A stretch of 64,000 nt of DNA from a candidate division WOR-3 bacterium (lineage in GTDB: Bacteria > Hydrothermota > Tepidihabitantia > SM23-42 > JAOAFX01). Where the stretch lies: assembly GCA_039802265.1 (NCBI GenBank), contig JBDRWI010000001.1:1-64000 (forward strand), in the 5' to 3' direction. Both the position numbers and the translations under genes were made by a program. The notes beneath the pieces are model-generated. The model saw only the letters and a program-made list of their open reading frames with translations, had not been told where the DNA came from and did not search any database. This document shows positions 1 to 10,236 of the stretch, piece after piece (position 1 is the first letter of the stretch; each line of letters opens with the position of its first letter).

Positions 1-422
1 AAGTCTTTCAGCCAGTAAAAAATCATCGGTTAGGTATGCAATCCGCAATGAGTTCTTATCTATTTTCTTTGTCGCGATGTGAACCATCCCGCCAAATCCA
101 TTTCCATATTCCGCGGAGAATCCTGATTTCTGGATTGAGATTTTTTCTATTATGTTGAGATCTACCAGATAGGGATTCGTCACCGGGATACCATCAAGAT
201 AATAGACAATTTCACTCTTTCCGTTACTACCCCAGATATGAATTGTTGAGTAATCTTTGACGACTCCGGGAATGAGCATCAAAAGTTCATCAAGGTTAGT
301 TATTGGCAGATTCTCAATTTCGTCAAAGTTGAATACATAAATATTGGTAAATGGGTGTTCATAACTGGGTGGCGATGCGAACAAAAAACTGGTGGTATAA
401 AAAGCAGGCGGATGTATTTCAT
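1..422 (-). CDS. TonB-dependent receptor-like protein, N-terminal plug region (runs off the window edge; apparent 1-nt frameshift in the signal peptide)
   Basis: My translation of the minus strand gives ...IENLPITNLDELLMLIPGV...IVYYLDGIPV...IEKISIQKSGFSAEYGNGFGGMVHIATK, a plug-domain motif. ATG 422 follows a GGGG SD-like stretch but is out of frame by 1 nt at the T6 run (383-388). Confidence 0.75.
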
Positions 423-443
423 CACAACCCCGCAAACAAGCTA

Positions 444-471
444 ATTTTATACAAATTTCTATCAGTGTCAA
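444..471 (-). promoter_or_regulatory. sigma70-type promoter TTGACA-N16-TAAAAT
   Basis: Near-consensus hexamers upstream of the TonB-receptor-like gene. Confidence 0.7.
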
Positions 472-484
472 GTCAAAATCGATA

Positions 485-512
485 TTGACAGATTAAATAA
501 TCTCAATATAAT
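485..512 (+). promoter_or_regulatory. sigma70-type promoter TTGACA-N16-TATAAT, probably leaderless
   Basis: Perfect hexamers; ATG 520 lies 7 nt after the -10. Confidence 0.8.
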
Positions 513-519
513 TATTGAG

Positions 520-1095
520 ATGCTCGTCTACTTAATTTTTTACCAGATTTTCAATCCTTTCCTTTCGGCAAATATCCTTGCCCCGGATGATTACACTGAC
601 GATTATTTTGTCACTATTTACCAATTCGGAATTGAAAATGACTTTTATCGAAGAGAATTTGGCTGGGGGGTTTATGTTGAATATTTTTATAAGAAAGATT
701 ACCTTTTTTCTGACCCTTATTATATAACATCAGGTTTGCCCATAGCAATAAATGCTTTTGGCTGGGGATTGCAGGCAAAATATCTGGGTATGGATGCTGT
801 TGAATTCGGGATTAAACTTGGTTATTACAATGGTAGTCTATCATATCCCATTCTTGGAGATAGTGGTATTGTAATAAAAATATTTGAAAAAAGGAATTCT
901 TTAGGATTGAGCATGGGAACCAATATAATGCATAATTTGGGCAGAATAAGGGCAGGTATAAAATTCTGGTTCAATTTAATCAAATTTGATGCAAAGGGTC
1001 CCAGGACTTACGGGTATTATGCACCTTCTCCCGATTATATTTCATTAAGTAGTGTGGGATTGGGTATTACCTTGGGTATAAATAACAAGAAATAG
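520..1095 (+). CDS. hypothetical exported protein, probable small outer-membrane beta-barrel
   Basis: Hydrophobic N-terminus; alternating Gly/aromatic strands (FGWGLQAKY, VGLGITLGI). Confidence 0.55.
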   Translation: MLVYLIFYQIFNPFLSANILAPDDYTDDYFVTIYQFGIENDFYRREFGWGVYVEYFYKKDYLFSDPYYITSGLPIAINAFGWGLQAKYLGMDAVEFGIKLGYYNGSLSYPILGDSGIVIKIFEKRNSLGLSMGTNIMHNLGRIRAGIKFWFNLIKFDAKGPRTYGYYAPSPDYISLSSVGLGITLGINNKK

Positions 1096-1098
1096 AGA

Positions 1099-2097
1099 AT
1101 GAAAAAATTATTTTTAATATTGATAATCTCAACCCTCCTCTGGGCTGATGGTGGTATCATCCCGCCGCTGTATAATGAAATCTATGGTAAAGACCAGGTT
1201 GCGATAATAAAAATTTTACCGGATTCAGAAGAATTATCAATCCTGGTGAAGGTTGCCTGGACAACTGACTACAATGGCTTCGCCTGGGTTGTGCCTTTTC
1301 CATCCCTACCAGTGGTGCGCGAAATAAATGATAGTCTATTCATAAATCTATCCGCACTCACCTCAATCCAAAAAAATTATGGTGGATGCGGGCGTCCTTA
1401 TTATGGCGATAATGGTTATTATTATGGCGACGACTATTTCAAAATTATTGAATTTAAAACCATTGGTTTTTTGCAAACTGTTTTAATACAAACTGATAAT
1501 CCCGATACACTTATTAACTGGTTAATAAATAATGGTTACCGGTTACCCGATGGGATGCGCAATATGTTCCAAGATTATATCAATCGCAACTGGCAATATT
1601 TCTTCATTACCCGTGCTGATACAAATTACAATTATTATGGGATTAATATCGGTGTTTGTTTTAAATTTGCCACTGACACAATTGTCTATCCAATGAAGAT
1701 TTCTTCACTCACTTCAGCCGATTACACCGCACTATATCTCTATGTGATTGGTCTACATAAAATGTTTTTTGATAATGCAGAACTTTTGTATGCCAATAGA
1801 ATTTCAAAAGATGAGCTCGAGAATATAGAGGAAGACTTTCCGATACTCTTTGATTATATCAACGAAGGTGATTATATCACCAAACTTCGTCGGACTTATG
1901 ATTATCCGAGTGCTATGACTTCTGATATATTTATTTATCAATCACCTGATGACACTGAATTCAGAAAGGAAGAAGAACCCTACTGGTATCTGGGCTTCGT
2001 TAATAGTATGGTTTTACCGGTGATTTTCTTTCTTCTATATATCAGTTATGTACGAATAAGAAGAAAAAGGGAATCCAAACGAAAATCTATTCAATAA
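1099..2097 (+). CDS. DUF2330-like exported protein with C-terminal membrane anchor
   Basis: Signal peptide; FAWVVPFPSLP, WLINNGY and IVYPMKISSL motifs; C-terminal TM followed by a basic tail. Confidence 0.7.
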   Translation: MKKLFLILIISTLLWADGGIIPPLYNEIYGKDQVAIIKILPDSEELSILVKVAWTTDYNGFAWVVPFPSLPVVREINDSLFINLSALTSIQKNYGGCGRPYYGDNGYYYGDDYFKIIEFKTIGFLQTVLIQTDNPDTLINWLINNGYRLPDGMRNMFQDYINRNWQYFFITRADTNYNYYGINIGVCFKFATDTIVYPMKISSLTSADYTALYLYVIGLHKMFFDNAELLYANRISKDELENIEEDFPILFDYINEGDYITKLRRTYDYPSAMTSDIFIYQSPDDTEFRKEEEPYWYLGFVNSMVLPVIFFLLYISYVRIRRKRESKRKSIQ

Positions 2098-2104
2098 ATC
2101 ATAG

Positions 2105-2986
2105 TTGAAGAAGATGGCCCTGCTGAGAAAACCTGATTGGCTAAAAATCAGACTTCCTTCAGGAAGCGAATATAAAGAGATCTTTGATACCCTCAGAAGA
2201 TATAATCTTTCAACTGTCTGTCAGGAAGCACGCTGTCCAAATATTGGAGAATGCTGGGCAAAAAAGAGTGCCACGATTATGATTCTGGGAAAAATCTGTA
2301 CCCGCGCCTGTAAATTCTGTGCAGTGACAACGGGCAATCCCAAGGGATTTACGGACCCGCAGGAGCCAGAAAATGTTGCGGAGGTGATAAAAAAATTCAA
2401 TCTGCGCTATGTAGTAATAACTTCTGTTGACCGCGACGACCTTGAAGACTTAGGAAGTGGTCATTATGCCCGCACGGTGGAAGCGATAAAAAAGAAAAAT
2501 CCAGAGACAAAAATTGAAGTTTTAATCCCTGACTTCAATTCCGAAAAAGAATTTCTGAAAAAAATCGTGGATTCACAGCCATTTGTCATCGGCCATAATC
2601 TTGAAACCGTGCAAAGATTGACTCCTTACATAAGAGATAGAAGGTGTAGTTATGAGAAATCTCTGAATGTATTGAGAATCACCAAGAAACTCAATTTAGA
2701 AATTCCCACCAAAAGCGGAATTATGGTCGGTCTCGGTGAAAAAGAAGACGAAATAATTGAGACATTAAGAGATTTAAAGGATACAAATGTTGATATTGTA
2801 ACAATCGGACAGTATCTCCAGCCGACAAAGAAGCATGTTCCCGTACAAAAGTATTATACACCTGATGAATTTGATAAATTCAAAAAAATCGGTGAAGAAA
2901 TTGGAATAAAATATGTGATCAGCGGACCTCTTGTCCGCTCATCCTATCATGCTTCTGATGTCTTCTACCAAAGTCCTGTTTTCTAA
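2105..2986 (+). CDS. lipA: lipoyl synthase
   Basis: RKPDWLK, CQEARCPNIGEC, CTRACKFC and RSSYHA motifs. The start may be ATG 2114. Confidence 0.97.
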   Translation: MKKMALLRKPDWLKIRLPSGSEYKEIFDTLRRYNLSTVCQEARCPNIGECWAKKSATIMILGKICTRACKFCAVTTGNPKGFTDPQEPENVAEVIKKFNLRYVVITSVDRDDLEDLGSGHYARTVEAIKKKNPETKIEVLIPDFNSEKEFLKKIVDSQPFVIGHNLETVQRLTPYIRDRRCSYEKSLNVLRITKKLNLEIPTKSGIMVGLGEKEDEIIETLRDLKDTNVDIVTIGQYLQPTKKHVPVQKYYTPDEFDKFKKIGEEIGIKYVISGPLVRSSYHASDVFYQSPVF

Positions 2987-3016
2987 TTTACTATTCTAAT
3001 AATCTCTGTCCAATCA

Positions 3017-3044
3017 TTGACTTTTTCGCGAAATTAACTATAAT
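3017..3044 (+). promoter_or_regulatory. promoter TTGACT-N16-TATAAT, leaderless murA
   Basis: ATG 3051 lies 6 nt after the -10; no SD. Confidence 0.8.
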
Positions 3045-3050
3045 CAATTT

Positions 3051-4313
3051 ATGGAAAGATATGTTATTGAAGGAGGCAAAAGACTAACAGGAACAGTCGT
3101 AATCTCCGGTGCTAAAAATTCCGCCCTGCCGATAATCGCTGCCTCCCTTTTAACTGATAAAAAGGTCACCATTGAAAATGTCCCTGAAGTTATGGATGTC
3201 TGGACAATGATTGAATTGGTAAAATACCTTGGTGCAAAGGTCGAATTCAATAAGAATGTATTAAAAATTCATACACCGAAGATAAAAAGAATTGTTGCCC
3301 CTTATGATATAGTCCGTAAAATGAGGGCATCTTACTATGTCCTTGGTGCGCTTGTTGCCCGGGAAAAAAAAGCAGTGGTATCTTTACCCGGTGGTTGTGC
3401 CATAGGACCCCGCCCTATTGATTTGCATATCAAAGGACTGAATGAACTTGGTTGCAAGATTGAAGTTGAGCACGGGTATATCAAGGCAAGATGCAAAAAA
3501 CTTATCGGTAGCGAAATGAATCTACAGGGAGCCAAAGGCACCTCTGTTGGTGCAACAATAAATACCATGCTTGCTGCGGCAATGGCTTCAGGTACAACAG
3601 TAATTAACGCAGCAGCCTGTGAGCCAGAGGTTGTGGATGTAGCAAATTTTTTAATAAGCATGGGTTGCCAGATAACCGGTGCCGGTACACCACGAATTAC
3701 AATTAGAGGCAATGAAACATTTGAAGAATCTAACTATCGGATTATTCCCGACCGAATTGAAACCGGAACATTTGCGGTTGCGGCTGCCATCACAAAGGGA
3801 AAACTGAATTTAAAAAACTGCCAGCCTGAACATCTCACCGCGGTACTTGACAAACTTGAAGAAATTGGAGCAGTAATAGAGAAAGACAAAGACCAACTTA
3901 CCATCACCGGCACAAACCCAATAAAGGCAACTGATATCTTTGTCGCTCCTTATCCAGGTTTCCCCACCGATATGCAGGCACAATTTATGGCATTACTCTC
4001 TGTTGGTTCGGGCACCAGTACAATAAAAGAAACAATCTTCGAAAATCGCTTTATGCAGGCATTAGAACTAGGAAGAATGGGTGCAAATATTACAATTGAA
4101 GGCGATACTGCAGTAATAAAGGGTGTAAAAAGGTTGACCGGAACCACTGTGATGGCATCTGACCTTCGTGCCTCTGCCTCGTTAGTCCTTGCCGCGCTCG
4201 TAGCAAAGGGCAAAACTGTAGTACGCAGAATATATCATTTAGACCGTGGTTATGAAAGATTTGAAGAAAAACTACGCAATGTCGGTGCAAGGATAAGAAG
4301 AGAGAAGGAATGA
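3051..4313 (+). CDS. murA: UDP-N-acetylglucosamine 1-carboxyvinyltransferase
   Basis: SGAKNSALP, LPGGCAIGPRPIDLH, PGFPTDMQ and HLDRGYE motifs. Confidence 0.98.
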   Translation: MERYVIEGGKRLTGTVVISGAKNSALPIIAASLLTDKKVTIENVPEVMDVWTMIELVKYLGAKVEFNKNVLKIHTPKIKRIVAPYDIVRKMRASYYVLGALVAREKKAVVSLPGGCAIGPRPIDLHIKGLNELGCKIEVEHGYIKARCKKLIGSEMNLQGAKGTSVGATINTMLAAAMASGTTVINAAACEPEVVDVANFLISMGCQITGAGTPRITIRGNETFEESNYRIIPDRIETGTFAVAAAITKGKLNLKNCQPEHLTAVLDKLEEIGAVIEKDKDQLTITGTNPIKATDIFVAPYPGFPTDMQAQFMALLSVGSGTSTIKETIFENRFMQALELGRMGANITIEGDTAVIKGVKRLTGTTVMASDLRASASLVLAALVAKGKTVVRRIYHLDRGYERFEEKLRNVGARIRREKE

Positions 4314-5365
4314 GAAAAATCAAAAGGGAAATTAGAGTTGGTAATGTCAAAATTGGGGGTTCAGCGCCGATTGCTGTGCAGTCAATGACCAAGACAAAAA
4401 CCCTGGATGTCAAAAAGACAGTCAATCAGATAAAGCGGTTGCAGAAGGCAGGTTGTGAGTTAATCCGGCTTGCCGTGGTAAATAAAGAGGAGGCTGTGGC
4501 ATTAAAAGAGATAAAGAAGAAAACCGACATTCCTTTGATTGCTGACATCCACTTCGATTATCGACTTGCGCTACTGGCGATTGATGCAGGGATTGACAAA
4601 ATCAGAATCAACCCCGGAAATATCGGTGATGATTGGAAAATCCAGGAAATAATCAAAAAGGCAAAGGACCACAATATTCCGATTAGAATCGGCATCAATG
4701 CCGGCTCTCTTCCCAAGGCAATTCTGCAAAAATATCACCATCCCAAACCCGAGGCAATAATTGAAACATTAAGTAATACACTTGAAATATTTTACAAAAA
4801 CAATTTTTTTGACATTGTCATTTCTGCAAAGTGTGCCAGTGTCATTGATACAATTAAAGTCTATGAATCTATCCATAATGTATATGACTTTCCTCTACAT
4901 CTGGGCGTCACCGAAGCCGGGTTGGTCTGGCAGGGTTCCATCCGAAGTGCGGTGGGTATCGGAATCCTCCTTTATCAGGGCATCGGTGATACAATCAGGG
5001 TCTCTTTAACTGGTGATCCAGTAAAGGAGGTAATTGCCGGCTATGAAATTCTGAGTTCTTTAAATCTTCGCCAACTCGGACCTAAATTGATCACCTGCCC
5101 AACCTGCGGTCGTTGTGAAGTCAATCTTTCCCGAATTGCCCAACTGGTTGAGAGAAAAATCAAAAGAATAAAAAAACCATTGACTATTGCTGTTATGGGT
5201 TGTGTAGTAAATGGGCCGGGTGAAGCCAGAGAAGCAGATTTTGGCATAGCCTGCGGCAAAAGAATTGGCTCTATATTTGCCCGGGGTGTTGAAGTTAAAC
5301 GGGCAAAGGAGTCAAGGCTGGTTGATGAACTGTGGGAGGTAATAAATGCGCACATTGATAATTGA
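4310..5365 (+). CDS. ispG: HMBPP synthase (flavodoxin/ferredoxin)
   Basis: VQSMT, ADIHF, RINPGNIG, CPTCGR and MGCVVNGPGEA motifs. Confidence 0.97.
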   Translation: MRKIKREIRVGNVKIGGSAPIAVQSMTKTKTLDVKKTVNQIKRLQKAGCELIRLAVVNKEEAVALKEIKKKTDIPLIADIHFDYRLALLAIDAGIDKIRINPGNIGDDWKIQEIIKKAKDHNIPIRIGINAGSLPKAILQKYHHPKPEAIIETLSNTLEIFYKNNFFDIVISAKCASVIDTIKVYESIHNVYDFPLHLGVTEAGLVWQGSIRSAVGIGILLYQGIGDTIRVSLTGDPVKEVIAGYEILSSLNLRQLGPKLITCPTCGRCEVNLSRIAQLVERKIKRIKKPLTIAVMGCVVNGPGEAREADFGIACGKRIGSIFARGVEVKRAKESRLVDELWEVINAHIDN

Positions 5366-5951
5366 TTGCTATCTACCCAACTCACCCCAGATTGAAAATC
5401 TTTATAATGTATTAAAAGACATTACAGTGCACACGGTGGAAGTAAGAGACCATTCCACCTTAAGTGTTGAAGAGGATGTGCGCCTTTATGATGCGATTAT
5501 TGTCTCCGGTTCTCAGCGGAAACTTGCTGAACCCGGTGTCTTTGAATTATACAACAATGTTGCCGAATTAATCAAAAATGCTCAAAAACCAATCCTGGGG
5601 ATCTGTTTTGGGCATCAACTGATTGCCAAATCATTCTATGAGGACGTGGTTTCAATGGGACAGAAGATCGAAGGATACTATGTTGTCAAAAAAATCCAAA
5701 ATGATGAAATTTTTGAAGGTCTGGGTGATAAGATTGTGGTGATGGAATCACACGAAGAGATGGTGGCAAATGTTCCCTATGAATTTGTCAAACTTGCAGA
5801 ATCACCAAACTGTCCAATTGAGGCAATAAAACATCAAACTATGCCGATTTACGGTGTTCAGTTTCACCCTGAGCGATTTGATGATAAGCATCCCGCCGGT
5901 GCGGTAATTTTAGAAAATTTCTTTAAAATCGCCGCCTGGTATATGAAATGA
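5346..5951 (+). CDS. class I glutamine amidotransferase (stand-alone, GuaA subunit A-like)
   Basis: PILGICFGHQ nucleophile motif and GVQFHPE. Confidence 0.88.
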   Translation: MRTLIIDCYLPNSPQIENLYNVLKDITVHTVEVRDHSTLSVEEDVRLYDAIIVSGSQRKLAEPGVFELYNNVAELIKNAQKPILGICFGHQLIAKSFYEDVVSMGQKIEGYYVVKKIQNDEIFEGLGDKIVVMESHEEMVANVPYEFVKLAESPNCPIEAIKHQTMPIYGVQFHPERFDDKHPAGAVILENFFKIAAWYMK

Positions 5952-5964
5952 AAAGGAGGAAGAA

Positions 5965-7191
5965 TTGAAAAGAGACCTCAACCATTTAATGAAAGAAAAA
6001 GGAGTAAATGCAATCTTTGCCATTTTAGGCCGTCAGAATGACACCACAATGTATTATCTTTTAAATGGTATCCACCTCAGCGGTTATTACTTAAAAAAAG
6101 TAGATTCACCTGCCTACTTGATTCATTACCCAATGGAAAGAGAAGAGGCAAAAAAAACCGGGTTAAAACTTGTAAATATTAATCACTACAAATACTGGGA
6201 TGTTTTTAACCGCAATCCAGATATGATAAAGGCACAGGCCGTTTTAATAGACAAGATTCTTAATGATTTCGGTGTAAAAGGTAAAGTTGCATTTTATGGT
6301 AGTGCTTCTATCGGAACCAGCCATCATTTGTTAAAAAGGGTCAGGTCTTTGAATAAAAAAATTGAAATTCTTTATGAACCTCAAAAAACTTTAATTACTG
6401 AAGCCCGTATGACTAAGGATGAAGATGAGATTATAAAGATAAAAAGAGCCCGGGATGGTGTTATAAATGCCTATTCCGAGACGCTTAAATCGGTACAAAG
6501 AATGCAAAAAAAAGGACAATTCATATATCAAAATAAGCATAAGAAACTTCTCATTGGTGACCTGAAGAAAATGCTCCATAGTAAATTGTTTGAGTATGGC
6601 CTTATAAATTCAGCCGGAATTATTGTTTCCCAGGGGCACGACGCTGGGGTACCGCATAATTCCGGTGAGGATGACCAGCCGGTTATGCTCGGCAAAACAA
6701 TTGTCTTTGATATCTTTCCCCAAGAGATAAAAAGTGGCTATTTCTTTGATTTTACAAGAACGGTATGCTTCGGCTTTGCACCTCAGAATGTGCAAAAGGA
6801 ATATGAAATTGTAAAAGAGGCACAGGACCTCGCTATCAGTAATTTAAAGGTGGGTAGAAGAACCAGGGATATTGAACTTGAGGTTTGTAAATTTTTTGAA
6901 AAGAAAGGGCATCCAACTCTACTCAAAAATCCCAAGGTCCAGAATGGTTATTGCCACTCCCTGGGCCATGGATTGGGATTGAATGTCCATGAAAGTCCAG
7001 CATTTGGACTGCTGAAGACAAACTACGACCGATTAGAAAAAGGAATGGTCTTTACAGTTGAACCGGGACTTTATTATCCAGAAAAGGGGTATGGCATAAG
7101 ACTTGAAGATGTAGTATATATTGACACAAGGGGTAGAATAATAAACCTGACAAACTTTTCTAAAAATTTGATTGTCGAAATGGAATTTTAA
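5965..7191 (+). CDS. M24 family Xaa-Pro aminopeptidase
   Basis: HSLGHGLGLNVHE, FTVEPGLY and GIRLED motifs; GGAGG SD before the TTG start. Confidence 0.9.
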   Translation: MKRDLNHLMKEKGVNAIFAILGRQNDTTMYYLLNGIHLSGYYLKKVDSPAYLIHYPMEREEAKKTGLKLVNINHYKYWDVFNRNPDMIKAQAVLIDKILNDFGVKGKVAFYGSASIGTSHHLLKRVRSLNKKIEILYEPQKTLITEARMTKDEDEIIKIKRARDGVINAYSETLKSVQRMQKKGQFIYQNKHKKLLIGDLKKMLHSKLFEYGLINSAGIIVSQGHDAGVPHNSGEDDQPVMLGKTIVFDIFPQEIKSGYFFDFTRTVCFGFAPQNVQKEYEIVKEAQDLAISNLKVGRRTRDIELEVCKFFEKKGHPTLLKNPKVQNGYCHSLGHGLGLNVHESPAFGLLKTNYDRLEKGMVFTVEPGLYYPEKGYGIRLEDVVYIDTRGRIINLTNFSKNLIVEMEF

Positions 7192-7209
7192 AAAATGCTA
7201 AATTGATAA

Positions 7210-8697
7210 ATGGCAAAATTCCCCACGTCCTTCAGAAGAAATTTGGTAATCATCGTTATTGCATTAGGAATCATCTTCCGGATCGGTCAATTCCTTTATA
7301 ATCGCTCGCTGACCGAAGGAGAGGCAGCACTGGCATTGAATATCCTCCAGCGCTCATATCAAGATTTGCTGAAACCATTAGCCTATCACCAGGCCGCACC
7401 TTATGGATTTTTGCTCATCCAGAAATTTTTTTCCAATTTGGTGGGAAATAACGACTATGCCTTACGTATCTTTCCCCTTATTTGTGGAATCTCTTCTATC
7501 TTCTTGTTTTATGCGATTTCACAGCGGATATTGACCGAAGGTAGTGCACTATGGGGTATATTTCTCTTCTCTTTCTGTGACCATTTAATCTACTTCTCAT
7601 CGGAGGTAAAGCAGTATTCAAGTGATGTTACAATCGGACTTATCTTGATTTTTATTGCCTTAAGCCTTCAGAATCACCCCAAAGTTAAACAAATCCTGCT
7701 ATTAGGTTTAGCCGGTGCAATCAGTATCTGGTTTTCTCACCCATCCCTTTTTGTCTTCTTGGGTTGTATTATTGCATTGGGCATCCAGATAATCAAGAGT
7801 AAGAGAAAAGATTATTTTTTTCTGATTCTGAGCGCTGTTTTTATCTGGCTAATCAGTTTTTTGTTCAATTATACCCTAAACCTAAAATACGTAAGTCAAA
7901 ACCAAACTCTGCTACAAACATGGGAGAAGAGTTTTATGCCGCTACCACCAAAATCCATTGCTGACTTAAAGTGGTTTTGCTATGTCTTTTTGCGCCTTTT
8001 TAAGAATCCACTCGGCTTTTCAATCTATGAAATTACCTTTATTGCTTTTATATTCCTTGTCGGCTTATTCATCTACTGGCAAAGAGATAGAAATAAACTC
8101 TTAATGTTAATAATACCGATTATTCTCGCTTTACTTGCCTCAGGATTAAAGAAATATCCTTTTGAAGGAAGACTCCTTTTATTCATTATCCCCTTGATGT
8201 TTTGGGTAATTGCCGAAGGACTCGACTATATCAAAAAGATTGTCTCAAGCAGTTCACATTCTTTGAGTCTTATGCTAATTGCGGTTATCCTTCTGCCTAC
8301 CGGAATTGCTGGCTTTTATCACCTGTTTTCTCCCCGGGCTCCGGAAGAGTTGAGACCGGTTATCTCTTATGTAAGAACCCATAAACAAGAAGGTGATATT
8401 ATTTATCTGTATTATGCATCTTATAACAGTTTTCTATATTATTCTCGCCAATTTGGATTTGATGAAAATGATTATATAGTAGGTATTGAATCTCGTACTG
8501 ATTGTAATCAATACTACACTGACCTAAGAAGACTGAAGGGAAATCCAAGGATTTGGTTTCTATTTTCCCATGTTAGCAATATATATGGAGTTGATGAAGA
8601 GAAATTATTCATAACCATTTTAAATACCCTGGGTAAAAAACTTGACGCATTTAAGGCACCGGGAGCTGCTTGTTATCTCTATGATTTAAGCAAGTAA
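7210..8697 (+). CDS. GT-C fold membrane glycosyltransferase (PMT/ArnT-like)
   Basis: Many TM helices; SLTEGEA, LRIFPLICG and YFSSEVKQYS motifs. Confidence 0.75.
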   Translation: MAKFPTSFRRNLVIIVIALGIIFRIGQFLYNRSLTEGEAALALNILQRSYQDLLKPLAYHQAAPYGFLLIQKFFSNLVGNNDYALRIFPLICGISSIFLFYAISQRILTEGSALWGIFLFSFCDHLIYFSSEVKQYSSDVTIGLILIFIALSLQNHPKVKQILLLGLAGAISIWFSHPSLFVFLGCIIALGIQIIKSKRKDYFFLILSAVFIWLISFLFNYTLNLKYVSQNQTLLQTWEKSFMPLPPKSIADLKWFCYVFLRLFKNPLGFSIYEITFIAFIFLVGLFIYWQRDRNKLLMLIIPIILALLASGLKKYPFEGRLLLFIIPLMFWVIAEGLDYIKKIVSSSSHSLSLMLIAVILLPTGIAGFYHLFSPRAPEELRPVISYVRTHKQEGDIIYLYYASYNSFLYYSRQFGFDENDYIVGIESRTDCNQYYTDLRRLKGNPRIWFLFSHVSNIYGVDEEKLFITILNTLGKKLDAFKAPGAACYLYDLSK

Positions 8698-8728
8698 TTA
8701 TATCAAGGCACTTTTTTAAACAACTCAT

Positions 8729-8768
8729 AGTTCTGCGAGGCATCCGGCGGTGCCAGGTTGCCGCAATT
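8729..8768. repeat. degenerate REP-like element, related to the one at 20681-20721
   Basis: TGCGA...CAGGTTGCCGCAAT resembles the reverse complement of the 20681 element (TTGCGA...CAGGATGCGGCAAT). Confidence 0.4.
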
Positions 8769-8774
8769 ATCTCC

Positions 8775-8802
8775 TTGACAATGATTAAATTCTTTTTATA
8801 AT
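8775..8802 (+). promoter_or_regulatory. promoter TTGACA-N16-TATAAT
   Basis: Perfect hexamers; the leader carries an AGGAGG SD before ATG 8848. Confidence 0.8.
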
Positions 8803-8847
8803 ATTAATGATTCTAATTTGATTTGGAAAATCTACCAGGAGGTGGGT

Positions 8848-10194
8848 ATGAAGGTTTATCTTCTTTTAATATTGTTTGTTGGATTATCTTTCTGCCTATC
8901 AAGTTGGGAAACCAGACATTATGAGTTAACTGACAACGGGTTTTTAGACGCCGCCTCACCCGATTCAATGATTGGAATATTGTGCGGGGTAAGGGATAAT
9001 GTCGGGGGAATAATATACAAAACGACGGATGGTGGTACAAACTGGCAGGAATTTCAGCCCTGGACAATCAATGAATGTATGTTTGTCTTTGGAATGGATT
9101 TTGTGAATCAAGACATAGGTTATTTAACCGGAATGGGGTTAATCTTTAATATTTTACCGGCTGCTGTTTTATATAAAACAATTGATGGTGGTAATTCTTG
9201 GACAAATATCTATGGTCTATCACTTGAATTCGTCGGTAAAATGTGGGATGATGTATTTTTTGTTGATTTGAACAACGGCTGGCTTGCGGGTGCCAATAGT
9301 GATATAAGACGGACAACAAATGGTGGTTCTTCTTGGACAACCCAAAGTGCCCCGGTCTCAGGTTCACTGAAGAGTATCTATTTTATAAATTCAAATGAAG
9401 GTTGGATTGTTGGCGGCGATTACGATACCCTGACCGGACAGGGCATCAATGGTTTAATTCTACATACTACAAACGGCGGGACAAACTGGACTGTCCAGGT
9501 TTCAAATGTACCCTATGAATTCTGGGATGTTTATTTTACTGACAATCTCAACGGCTGGGTCTGTGGATATAAAGATACGGCATCACCAGGAATATTTTAC
9601 CATACTACGAACGGTGGCAACAATTGGATTGAGGTTATGGCACCATCGGTCACAACTGGACATTATGGGTTATATGCAATTAAATTTACCGATGCGCAGA
9701 CCGGTTTTTCAGTCGGTGGTGGAAATCGACTTGGCTGGCAGGGAAGTTACTTTGGAATCTTTTTGAATACTACGGATGGTGGAAGTCAATGGACTGTGGA
9801 TACCGTGATATTTGATAATGACCCCTGGGGTGTTTGTCCTTTAGGAATGGACATGTTCAATTCAAGATGGGGATATGCTGGTGGTGCAAGACTTTCAGCA
9901 TTCAGATATACGCCAATGGGCGGACAGATGATTGCCGAAAACAGAATAGAAATAATATCGGCAGACGAGAATCAGACAATATTTTCATCTCAACAGGAAA
10001 TAGTCCTCGATATTTCCCAAAAAGAGGGATACACGAAGATCGAAATATATAATATCCTGGGAAGGAGGATTTTAATAAAAGAAATAAATAAGGCAAAGAG
10101 TGTATCATTGCCCAACCTTTCCCCGGGTCATTATTTTATAAGACTATATAGAGAGCAGGGAGAGCCACTCGTTAAAAAGATTATCACCTTATAA
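8848..10194 (+). CDS. secreted YCF48/BNR-repeat beta-propeller protein with T9SS-like C-terminal domain
   Basis: Repeated (T)T(D/N)GGxxW Asp-boxes; C-terminal IEIYNILGR...LSPGHYFIRL...KKII. Confidence 0.85.
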   Translation: MKVYLLLILFVGLSFCLSSWETRHYELTDNGFLDAASPDSMIGILCGVRDNVGGIIYKTTDGGTNWQEFQPWTINECMFVFGMDFVNQDIGYLTGMGLIFNILPAAVLYKTIDGGNSWTNIYGLSLEFVGKMWDDVFFVDLNNGWLAGANSDIRRTTNGGSSWTTQSAPVSGSLKSIYFINSNEGWIVGGDYDTLTGQGINGLILHTTNGGTNWTVQVSNVPYEFWDVYFTDNLNGWVCGYKDTASPGIFYHTTNGGNNWIEVMAPSVTTGHYGLYAIKFTDAQTGFSVGGGNRLGWQGSYFGIFLNTTDGGSQWTVDTVIFDNDPWGVCPLGMDMFNSRWGYAGGARLSAFRYTPMGGQMIAENRIEIISADENQTIFSSQQEIVLDISQKEGYTKIEIYNILGRRILIKEINKAKSVSLPNLSPGHYFIRLYREQGEPLVKKIITL

Positions 10195-10236
10195 ACTACT
10201 TCTGTGGTAGTACAAAATTTTTAACAAGGAGATTAT

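Noticed and set aside
9020..9795. Recurring ACxAAyGGyGG nucleotide repeats as a possible CRISPR or DNA repeat
   Set aside because: They are the coding Asp-box (TTNGG) repeats, degenerate at third positions and irregularly spaced.
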